A stretch of 64,000 bases of DNA from the NCBI GenBank assembly GCA_002306985.1, contig DBTJ01000170.1, positions 165-64,164 on the forward strand, given 5' to 3'. Position 1 is the first letter of the stretch. Every line of letters starts with the position of its first letter. The notes below the pieces were generated by a model. That model had not been told where the DNA came from, ran no database searches, and was given only the letters and a program-made list of their open reading frames with translations. This document shows positions 42,983 to 51,319 of this stretch, one piece after another. Origin of the DNA: Verrucomicrobia bacterium UBA1319 (GTDB lineage Bacteria; Verrucomicrobiota; Verrucomicrobiia; Limisphaerales; UBA1319). Both the position numbers and the translations under genes were made by a program.

Positions 42983-44503
42983 TCATGACTCCGCATTCAA
43001 CAACCGCATCCGGGCATTCAAGTGATAGCTGACCACGATTAAAACACCCGTCTGCAAGGAGAAGGATTTCAAGGCGTACTCGCTATCCCCGTGGAGAAAA
43101 ATAAACGTAAAAACGCACAAAATCCAAAAACTACTGACCAAGCCGCTCATGCGTAAAAACATGTCGCCACATCCCAAAATTCGAAGCTTTTGAAGATTCT
43201 TCCAAGCCAGACGCGTGCCGGAAAATATCAAAATCATCATAAAAAGAGTACCGAAAAATCCGGTATTGACCATCAACCCGATGACCCCGTTGTAAAAGCG
43301 CCCTTGATTGATGTGCAGTTGAATCATGGTGGGATCCCAACGCACCGAATAATCATCGAGCGATTCCACACCGAAACCACGTCCCAACCAGAAATATTCC
43401 GGCATCATTTCCCAGCCGATCTGCCGCAGCACGCGGCGGGTTACCAAAGTGCCGAAACCATCATCGTAAGCCATATAATCGATGGAAATACCGGGCAAGA
43501 AAGACAGTCCGCGCTGAATCGCCAGCGGCATGCGATCGGCAAATTGATAACAGGCACCCAGGAGAATGGCCAATCCGGCGAGACCGGAAAAGATGTGTTT
43601 CCAGGATAGAAACCGCTGGGCATAACAACACAGAAAAATCACCACGACCGAGGTCAATACCAGAATACGATGGCCGCTTAACAAGCCAACCATAAACACA
43701 CTGAGACTCAAGGGCAGTAAAAATAAGCCTTTACGCCCGAAAAACTGCGCCATCGAATAGCGAATAATCAAGAAAAACAAGAAACCCTGCCCCATCTCAC
43801 GCAGGGACTGAAAGCGTCGGATGCCAAACGCTTGGGCTTTCATTTCAAAGCCCATCGCATCGCCAGGCAGCTCAAAAAACTGCATGATAAACTGGATTTC
43901 CTTGGGCGCCCGCGACCATACGAAATCGGAAATGACGTAAGTGGTGCTCAGCAAACACTGCAAAATCAACAGCCGAGTCAGGGTTTTTTCGCTGGGACGA
44001 TAGAGCACGAAGAGCAATGGAAAGATCGCGCAAATAAGCTGTTGAAAATAAAACCGCCCGCCCATCTGGCTGGAACCCATAATGCGCAAGCCAACCCCTC
44101 GAAAATACATGAGCGACAACAGCACGAGGCAATAGCCCAGAATCCCAATAAAAATCCACCGGTGCCGATGAATATCTTGAAAGGCATCCCGCGCGTATTG
44201 CCGCATGAATAAAGTGACCACTACCCCCGACCAGCCCAGAAAGGCGGCAAACTCCCACATCATAGGGCGCCCGGGGAAATAGGGAACAATCAAAGCCGAG
44301 CTAAAAGCCGCCACGGAAAGATAAACCGAAATGCGCGAATGGTAAGGCAGCGAGATCAACCAAAAAAAACCGGCGGTCGCGGCCAGCGCCAAAAAAGAAT
44401 CGTACGCCAGGTAAAAACCAAGAAATATCACAGCCACCAGCGTTCCCGCCAGCCAAGCTACTTGGTTAAACTGTATCCGACTATCTAAGATGTTCGACGC
44501 CAT
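42983..44503 (-). CDS. O-antigen ligase/polymerase-like (Wzy_C-type) polytopic membrane protein
   Basis: At least 10 hydrophobic segments. A large loop is followed by WLGRGFG...RFYNGVIGLMVNTGFFG, resembling the O-antigen ligase family C-terminal signature. The gene is visibly more AT-rich than its neighbours. Confidence 0.65.
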   Translation of the reverse strand: MASNILDSRIQFNQVAWLAGTLVAVIFLGFYLAYDSFLALAATAGFFWLISLPYHSRISVYLSVAAFSSALIVPYFPGRPMMWEFAAFLGWSGVVVTLFMRQYARDAFQDIHRHRWIFIGILGYCLVLLSLMYFRGVGLRIMGSSQMGGRFYFQQLICAIFPLLFVLYRPSEKTLTRLLILQCLLSTTYVISDFVWSRAPKEIQFIMQFFELPGDAMGFEMKAQAFGIRRFQSLREMGQGFLFFLIIRYSMAQFFGRKGLFLLPLSLSVFMVGLLSGHRILVLTSVVVIFLCCYAQRFLSWKHIFSGLAGLAILLGACYQFADRMPLAIQRGLSFLPGISIDYMAYDDGFGTLVTRRVLRQIGWEMMPEYFWLGRGFGVESLDDYSVRWDPTMIQLHINQGRFYNGVIGLMVNTGFFGTLFMMILIFSGTRLAWKNLQKLRILGCGDMFLRMSGLVSSFWILCVFTFIFLHGDSEYALKSFSLQTGVLIVVSYHLNARMRLLNAES

Positions 44504-44851
44504 TTTTTTGCTTTTCCGCTAGCGTTTCCATTCCGCCAATGAATTTCCGAGCTGCATTCTGGGCTCGCAACCGATGCTAATCAAGTCTCTTGTGCTAGGC
44601 AAAACACACTTATTTAGGCATGGATTTGAGGGGGGATTGGAGCCTAATCCTCCCTAGCCGCTCAGGGAGAGCTAGGGTGCCTGGAGAAGAACCTTGATTC
44701 CACGGATGTCCTTGGCGATATTCGCATTCAGCAGCCGCGTCCACAATATGAAATTCGCCTGTCCAATCGATGGTTTTCCAGATGGGGATGAATCATTCCT
44801 TGGCCCCTGTAATCCCCCCGCTAGGGCGCGAGTTTTCCCGAGTCTTTGCGT

Positions 44852-45970
44852 ATGGGCATGAATATTTTGCATCTCACAGGCGATCGGGAAGATACGGGGG
44901 GAGTATTATCTGTAATTCGCAATCTCCAGGAAGCCAGCCGCCCATGGGGCTGGCGGCATACGGTCTGGGTTCATCATTCCTTCCAACAGAAACGCCTACC
45001 CACCTTAGACTTACGCTTTAGTCGATGGAGCTGTTCCGAATCCTCGAAGCATGGGTATCTGTTTTGGTGCGCGTTCCGCTCCTGGCCGGAACTGAAGCGG
45101 CTACTGGCTACCGAATCGTTCGACATCGTCCACGCGCACACCCGCTGCACCGCTTTGCTGGCATGGATGATCGCTCAAAGCCTGGGTCGCCGCGTGATTT
45201 TTACTAATCACAACTACGCCCGGCGAACGGGTTTATACCAAAAAATCGCGCGCAAACCGGGGGTTTACACCGTGCTGCTAACTCCCAATATGGCGCGTCA
45301 TTACGGCATTGCCCCCGAACCGCCACGGGTGAACGTTATTTCCGCGTGCTGCGCGGATCGACAATTCGAGGAACCGCTGGTCGCTCGCGCCATTTCGACA
45401 CCGCCACCGAAAACCGTCCGCTTTGCCGGTGTAGGCACGATCCAGCCCTTCAAGAAATGGCATTTGTTGGTTGACGCTTTGCTCGCCTTGCCGGAAGCCG
45501 ACCGACAGCGGATCGAAATATCCATCTGGGGGCCAGTGCTTAACCAACCGGAAGCCGTAACCTATGATCGCGAGCTTCGGCAGGCGGTCGAGCAACATCG
45601 ATTAGCGGGCAACATACGGTTCCGCGGCCCCACCAACGCGGTCAACGACCGTTTGCGGGAATGCGACTGGTTTATCCTACCGACGACGAAAGAACCTTGC
45701 TCGGTGGCGCTTTGTGAGGCGCTAGCCTTGGGCATACCGGCGCTAGTTTCCGCCAGCGGGGGCAACATCGATATTGTGGCGGCGGGTAAAACCGGTGTAT
45801 TCTTCGAATCAGAAAACCCGCACGATTTAGCCGCCCGGTTAAAGGATATTTTATCCGGCAAAGTCGCGCCCGCGCCGCCCGAAATAATTCGGGAATCGGT
45901 GCGCGCGCGTTCCGCCACCCAAGTGGCGGGGCTATACGGCGAGCTCTATCAGCAAGTGCTGCGATTTTAG
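44852..45970 (+). CDS. GT4-family glycosyltransferase
   Basis: MGMNILHLTGDREDTGG...FILPTTKEPCSVALCEALALGIPALVSASGGNIDIV (EX7E). The first ATG is at 44852; the track start at 44846 is a TTG. Confidence 0.8.
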   Translation: MGMNILHLTGDREDTGGVLSVIRNLQEASRPWGWRHTVWVHHSFQQKRLPTLDLRFSRWSCSESSKHGYLFWCAFRSWPELKRLLATESFDIVHAHTRCTALLAWMIAQSLGRRVIFTNHNYARRTGLYQKIARKPGVYTVLLTPNMARHYGIAPEPPRVNVISACCADRQFEEPLVARAISTPPPKTVRFAGVGTIQPFKKWHLLVDALLALPEADRQRIEISIWGPVLNQPEAVTYDRELRQAVEQHRLAGNIRFRGPTNAVNDRLRECDWFILPTTKEPCSVALCEALALGIPALVSASGGNIDIVAAGKTGVFFESENPHDLAARLKDILSGKVAPAPPEIIRESVRARSATQVAGLYGELYQQVLRF

Positions 45971-45987
45971 TAGAGAAAGGATTCCCA

Positions 45988-48477
45988 ATGATCGGCCATC
46001 GTCCCGCCCTTACCAACCGATGCCGGGCGACCGGTTGGCGAAGCCTATTCACCCTGCTCCTAGCGGGCCTGACCGCCTGGGCGGGCGAACCAGTTTCACC
46101 ACCGCCTGCCCCCAATAGCGCCGCCGTGCCCGAGCGCATCGTTTTCGCGGTCCGTCAGCAAAACTACGACGGCCATTGGTACGCCAATTTTGGCTATTAC
46201 GCCGACAGCCAGGACCGCAAAGCCTATCGCGCCGAAGGGCGCCTCTGCGTGCTCGAAACCGCCACCGGCAAAGTTCGCGATCTGATAAACGATCCCGCCG
46301 GGTCCATTCGCGACCCCCAAGTCCACTACGATGGCAAAACCATTCTTTTTGCCTACCGAAAAGGCGGCACGGATAATTACCTGCTCTATGAAATCCAGGC
46401 CGACGGCACCGGTCTTAAACAGTTGACCGATGGTCCGTATGACGATTTCGAGCCCACTTATTTGCCTGACGGAGACATTGTGTTTGTCTCCAGCCGCTGC
46501 CGCCGCTGGGTCAATTGCTGGTTAACCCAGGTGGCCGTATTGCATCGCTGCGATCGCTCCGGACACCATATTCACCCGATTTCCGCGAATATTGAGCAGG
46601 ATAATACCCCATGGCCGCTGCCCGATGGCCGCATCCTCTATACCCGGTGGGAATACGTGGACCGCAGCCAGGTGGATTATCATCATCTATGGACCGCCAA
46701 TCCCGACGGCACCAGTCAAATGGTCTATTATGGCAACCTGCACCCTGGCATTGTCATGATCGACGCCAAGCCCCTCCCCGGCACCGATGACATTGTGGCG
46801 CTGTTTTCTCCCGGCCATGGAAACAAGGAGCACGCGGGCGCCGTTACCATCCTTTCCTCCCGTCAAGGCCCCGACCAACCGGCGGCGGCGCGCCGCATTA
46901 CCAAAGGGGAGGATTTCCGCGATCCCTATCCGCTGAATGCCCGCGAATTCTTGGTGGCGCAATACGCCAGCATTCAATGGTTGAATACCGAGGGTAAAAC
47001 TCGAGAACTCTATCATTTGCCCAAAGAACTCGAAGCGGCGGGAGCGTGGTGCCATGAGCCGAGGCCCTTGGCGCCTCGCGCTCCCGAAGCCGCGATTCCT
47101 TCGCGCATCGATGGCTCAAAAACGAGCGGCCGCCTGTTTCTGGCGAACATCTACGAAGGCCGTAATATGACGGGCGTGCGGCCTGGTGAAATCCGCAAAC
47201 TCCTGGTCATGGAAAGCCTGCCCAAACCCATTAATTACACCGGTGGCATGGAGCCTTTATCCTACGGCGGCACCTTCACTCTATCCCGAATCCTCGGCAC
47301 GGTCCCGGTCGAAGAGGATGGCTCGGCGTTCTTCGAGGCGCCCGCGTTGCGCAGTTTATTTCTCATCGCGCTGGACGAGCAAAACCAATCGATCAAGCGC
47401 ATGCAAAGTTTTCTCTCGCTCATGCCGGGAGAAACCACCAGTTGCGTCGGCTGCCACGAGAACCGCGTCCAAGCGCCCACGGCGATCAAATCCAAACTTG
47501 CCAAGGCTGTAAGCCGGCCGCCCAGCGCCATCCAGCCCATCGCGGGCATTCCCGAGGTGTTCGATTTCCCCCGCGATATCCAGCCCATTCTGGACCGCCA
47601 CTGCGTGCGGTGCCATGGCTGGGAAAAGCGGGAAGGCAAAGTGGTTTTAGCCGGAGACCACGGCCCCATGTATTCGCACAGTTATTATACGCTGACTTGC
47701 TGGCACCAAGTCGCCGATGGCCGCAACGAGGCCAAAAGTAATCTGGCTCCAAAAACCATCGGAGCCACCGCCAGCCCGTTGATGGCCAAAATCGATGGGC
47801 GCCACCATGGAGTTCGCCTCTCGGAACCGGAAGCTAATATGATCCGGTTTTGGATCGAATCCAGCGCCCCCTATCCCGGCACCTACGCGGCGCTAGGCTG
47901 CGGCATGATTGGCGGTTATCATGAAAACCAAATTGAAAAAACCGGTAACGATTGGCCTGAGAGCAAAGCCGCCAAAGCAACCATCGCCCGCCGTTGCGCC
48001 GCCTGCCACCAAGGGAGATTGATCCTACCTTCGGGCTTATCGGACGAGCGGGAAATCTCCTTCTGGCGCCCGGATTTCAACGACCCCCGGTTATTGCTGA
48101 GCCGCCATATCGTGTTCAATTTAAGTCGTCCGGAAAAATCGCTCATGCTGCTGGCCCCCTTGGCCGCCAACGCCGGAGGCTACGGCTTGTGCCAGGACTC
48201 GCGAACCAATGGCGCGCCCATCTTCGCCAGCCCGCAAGATCCCGATTATCAAACCCTGCTGGCCTTGAGCAAGGCTGGACAAAAGGAGCTTGAGCGGCAT
48301 CGTCGCTTCGACATGGCGGGATTCCAGCCTACCCCCATGTACCTCCGGGAAATGAAACGGTACGGCATCTGGAATCCCGATCCGGGCTCCGCCGCCGCGC
48401 CGGTTGATGTCTATCAATTGGATCGGGCGTATTGGCGGGAAGTCACCGGCTGGCAAACCCGTGAAAAAAACAAGTGA
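45988..48477 (+). CDS. Secreted beta-propeller (TolB/HzsA-middle-domain-like) protein with three CxxCH haem-c motifs, including a PSCyt1-type planctomycete cytochrome c domain
   Basis: Signal peptide MIGHRPALTNRCRATGWRSLFTLLLAGLTAWAG. Propeller: HYDGKTILFAYRKGG..LYEIQADGTGLKQLTDGPYDDFEPTYLPDGDIVFVSSRC, LPDGRILYTRWEYVDRSQVDYHHLWTANPDGT. CxxCH at 47443..47457 (CVGCH), 47602..47616 (DIQPILDRHCVRCHG, PSCyt1-like) and 47995..48009 (CAACH). Confidence 0.7.
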   Translation: MIGHRPALTNRCRATGWRSLFTLLLAGLTAWAGEPVSPPPAPNSAAVPERIVFAVRQQNYDGHWYANFGYYADSQDRKAYRAEGRLCVLETATGKVRDLINDPAGSIRDPQVHYDGKTILFAYRKGGTDNYLLYEIQADGTGLKQLTDGPYDDFEPTYLPDGDIVFVSSRCRRWVNCWLTQVAVLHRCDRSGHHIHPISANIEQDNTPWPLPDGRILYTRWEYVDRSQVDYHHLWTANPDGTSQMVYYGNLHPGIVMIDAKPLPGTDDIVALFSPGHGNKEHAGAVTILSSRQGPDQPAAARRITKGEDFRDPYPLNAREFLVAQYASIQWLNTEGKTRELYHLPKELEAAGAWCHEPRPLAPRAPEAAIPSRIDGSKTSGRLFLANIYEGRNMTGVRPGEIRKLLVMESLPKPINYTGGMEPLSYGGTFTLSRILGTVPVEEDGSAFFEAPALRSLFLIALDEQNQSIKRMQSFLSLMPGETTSCVGCHENRVQAPTAIKSKLAKAVSRPPSAIQPIAGIPEVFDFPRDIQPILDRHCVRCHGWEKREGKVVLAGDHGPMYSHSYYTLTCWHQVADGRNEAKSNLAPKTIGATASPLMAKIDGRHHGVRLSEPEANMIRFWIESSAPYPGTYAALGCGMIGGYHENQIEKTGNDWPESKAAKATIARRCAACHQGRLILPSGLSDEREISFWRPDFNDPRLLLSRHIVFNLSRPEKSLMLLAPLAANAGGYGLCQDSRTNGAPIFASPQDPDYQTLLALSKAGQKELERHRRFDMAGFQPTPMYLREMKRYGIWNPDPGSAAAPVDVYQLDRAYWREVTGWQTREKNK

Positions 48478-48556
48478 TCGTCAATTCGCGCCGCCTAAAT
48501 CAAAACCCTTCCAAGCGCGGCTAACCAGTGGGCCGCCGGACGTGGAGGAAAGACGG

Positions 48557-49150
48557 TTAAAACCGTGACTGCTTGGCCAGGCGAAGGATTTCCTGGAGCA
48601 CGCGTTCGCGTTTCTGACGCAGGCCTTGGCCGAGGTTATCGATACGTATTTGGACGGGATGGGCGTTCCAGCTTCGCCAGATATCTCGATCCAATTTTTG
48701 AGCGGCGAGCAGGCCTTCATGCCGTAAGTCATCCCCTTGGTAACAAGCCGGCTTATCCACGGCGCAACTGGTGAGATGAATCACCGCGGCGTAACGCGCC
48801 AACACGTTCGCTTCCGTTAGCGCCAGCCTGCGCCGCAAGGCCGACCAAGCGGGCGCGGATAGGTATGCCTTGGCATCCAGAATCCCGCGATCTTCAATTA
48901 TGACACCCCCCCGCCGCGCGCTCGCGACAGCGGCATCTTCCATCGCCATCTGAAACCGCGCAATGAGCGCCTGCAATTCCAGTTTTTCCGCGCTCGCGCG
49001 CGCGGGACCAAGAATGGATATCGCCATCCGGGCCGCCTCCGGCAGGCAAGTCACGGACACTCCCTGAGTCACTAGCGCACGCGCCAGCCAGCGACAAATC
49101 GTGGTCTTTCCCCCGCAAGGGCCGCCAGTGATAACGATGGGTTTACGCAT
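48557..49150 (-). CDS. P-loop NTPase, AAA_28/NadR-kinase-like ATP-binding protein
   Basis: Walker A ITGGPCGGKTT at the N-terminus and IIEDRG (Walker B-like). 197 aa. Confidence 0.65.
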   Translation of the reverse strand: MRKPIVITGGPCGGKTTICRWLARALVTQGVSVTCLPEAARMAISILGPARASAEKLELQALIARFQMAMEDAAVASARRGGVIIEDRGILDAKAYLSAPAWSALRRRLALTEANVLARYAAVIHLTSCAVDKPACYQGDDLRHEGLLAAQKLDRDIWRSWNAHPVQIRIDNLGQGLRQKRERVLQEILRLAKQSRF

Positions 49151-49216
49151 TTAAGCAAAGAGCGGCTGAACGCGCAATCCGCTCAGCCGCTATTTAAATG
49201 CCGTTTTTCGAAACGA

Positions 49217-50449
49217 TTATTTCCCGCCGCCCAAATCCAGGCAAACCAGCCCGCCTTGGGTGGTGCGGCAATAGAGCAAACCGTTGGCAAGGACGGGCAC
49301 CGTCCAATATTTGCCAGCGATTGCTTTAGACGTGGCTAACACCTTAAATCCCGTGGGTTCGGCGGCGGCGACCAAAATCGTCCCTTTGCCAGTCAGTACG
49401 ATCAGTTTGCCATCGGCCACCATTAAGCCACCGGTGGCATCGACCGTTTGCGCCCATTTTTCCGCGCCGGTCTTCCAATCCACGCACCGTAGCGCCCCTT
49501 CTTTGTCGGCGTCGCCATCCATGCCGTACAAGTAGTCTCCCACGCGCACGCAGCTATTGAAATGATTGCGGAGGATTTTGCTTTGCCACACCACTTTGGG
49601 CGCCCCTCCCTCCAGGGAGAGCAAGCAGCAGCCTTTGTTATACCCGGAAGAAATGAACACTTCGTTTTTCCAGAGAATGGGGTCGGCGGCGTTGACTTCG
49701 TAGGACGTCTTCCAGGGATGCCGCCAAAGCTCCTTACCATCCTTGAGATTCACGGCCACCACCGATTCTTTCTCCAAGAACATCACCCCTTTTTGCCCGC
49801 CAAATTCGCCCGGCACCGCCGTCGAATACCCGGCTTCGACGGGGCTGGATTTCCACACGGTTTTCCCGCTCGTTTTTTCCAGCGCCAAGCCGCCCGCGCC
49901 GATGTTCAAAACGAGCAAATCGCCCGCCACGAAGGCCGAGCCCGCGTAGCCCCAAGTGGGAGATTTCGCTCCGGCTTCCTCGGCGGCGTTTTTGGACCAG
50001 ACCACTTTGCCTGTGTTGGCGTCCAGACAAAACACCTGGCCGTGTTTACTCACCGTATAAACTTTGCTCCCTTCGACCGTGGGCGTCGCATGGGTGCCGC
50101 CTTCATAATATTTGTCATCCAGCGCGCAAGGGTACGAATAGCTCCAGATTTCCTGGCCCGTTTTGGCGTCGTAACCATAGACCCAATCGGTGTCTTTATT
50201 CTTATTGCCCATGGTGTAGACCTTGCCGTTGGCGACCGCCACACTAGAAAGTCCCACGCCTACTTTCGCTTCCCACAATTTCTTAGGTCCCCCTTCCGGC
50301 CAAGCCGCCGTCCAACCGGTTTCGGTGGAGATGCCATCGTGGTTAGCCCCGCGAAAACCGGGCCAATCGTTCGCGTCGGCCGAAAACGTCAGCGCGCCTA
50401 GCAATAATCCCGCCGTGATACAGGCGGCCACAGAGTTTATGGTTCGCAT
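49217..50449 (-). CDS. Secreted PQQ-like (BamB-type) beta-propeller repeat protein
   Basis: The ATG at 50449 is preceded by AAGGAG and gives the signal MRTINSVAACITAGLLLGALTFSADA, followed by NDWPGFRGANHDGIS. Repeated G.VY..... / W motifs are typical of PQQ_2/PQQ_3 propellers. Confidence 0.82.
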   Translation of the reverse strand: MRTINSVAACITAGLLLGALTFSADANDWPGFRGANHDGISTETGWTAAWPEGGPKKLWEAKVGVGLSSVAVANGKVYTMGNKNKDTDWVYGYDAKTGQEIWSYSYPCALDDKYYEGGTHATPTVEGSKVYTVSKHGQVFCLDANTGKVVWSKNAAEEAGAKSPTWGYAGSAFVAGDLLVLNIGAGGLALEKTSGKTVWKSSPVEAGYSTAVPGEFGGQKGVMFLEKESVVAVNLKDGKELWRHPWKTSYEVNAADPILWKNEVFISSGYNKGCCLLSLEGGAPKVVWQSKILRNHFNSCVRVGDYLYGMDGDADKEGALRCVDWKTGAEKWAQTVDATGGLMVADGKLIVLTGKGTILVAAAEPTGFKVLATSKAIAGKYWTVPVLANGLLYCRTTQGGLVCLDLGGGK

Positions 50450-50559
50450 ATAAATGGACTCCTTACGGCTCGTGTTCATGGCGGCCCTTATACCCGCAAC
50501 CCAAGACCTGCGCAAAGCAAAACCGTATGACGCCCACCGCCTAAACCGGAAGCCGAATT

Positions 50560-51144
50560 TTATGGGGCAGCCTCGGCGGGCTGCGGCGTGGCGAGCAACT
50601 GCCGCTTCTCCGCCACGATCGTGTCGAACAATTTCTCCAAGCCCGGATGGATGCCGCGAATTTGACCAATGACTTCCACCGACCAATCCAAATAGCCTAG
50701 CTTTCGTTCCAAACTCCAGCCGCCGGGATTGGTAAAATTCATGTCATCCAGATTGCAGATTTTATCCGCCACCCGGATCAACCGCGCCCGGGACGTAAGC
50801 TTTGCCGCCCGCTCAACCTGCAACCGCTTGCGATCCGGCCGGGGCAACGTTTTATCGTCCGTAACCTCCAACACCAAGCGCCGCACCGCCTTGCCAAACC
50901 GAACTTCGATTTCTTCGGCCGAGGTCTCCGTATCCTCAATCGTATCATGCAATAGCGCGCCTTGCAGGGTCAGCAAATCCTTGACCCCGGCCACCCGCGC
51001 CAACAGGGCCGCCACGGCGATCGGATGATTAATATAAGGCGTGGCCTCGGCGTCATTGCGCCGCTGGCCTTTGTGTTTGCGCGCGGCAAAATCCGCCGCC
51101 GCCAGCAATCCCACCTCGTTCGCTCCTCCCATCTTCAATTCCAT
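50560..51144 (-). CDS. HD-domain (p)ppGpp pyrophosphohydrolase, single-domain small alarmone hydrolase (Mesh1/SpoT-HD-like)
   Basis: AADFAARKHKGQRRNDAEATPYINHPIAVA...ALLHDTIEDT... are the RelA/SpoT hydrolase-domain motifs. At 194 aa it has no synthetase domain. Confidence 0.8.
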   Translation of the reverse strand: MELKMGGANEVGLLAAADFAARKHKGQRRNDAEATPYINHPIAVAALLARVAGVKDLLTLQGALLHDTIEDTETSAEEIEVRFGKAVRRLVLEVTDDKTLPRPDRKRLQVERAAKLTSRARLIRVADKICNLDDMNFTNPGGWSLERKLGYLDWSVEVIGQIRGIHPGLEKLFDTIVAEKRQLLATPQPAEAAP

Positions 51145-51260
51145 GCGTTAAAAATAACCGATCGCCCTGGAAAGTCCACTCACCACCCCAGCCTCCCTCA
51201 GCCCCAGGCAGTTGCCGAGCCGCACCGCATTCCAAAGCGGAGCGTTTTTCAAAACCAAAC

Positions 51261-51286
51261 GGGGGCTAGCCACACCTGCCGCCCCC
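51261..51286 (-). terminator. Candidate intrinsic terminator after the TPR/ankyrin gene
   Basis: The minus strand reads GGGGGC-N14-GCCCCC followed by GTTTGGTTTTG. The loop is rather large. Confidence 0.4.
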
Positions 51287-51319
51287 CTCAATCGCTACCC
51301 TTTGCTTGAGAAAGCTCGA

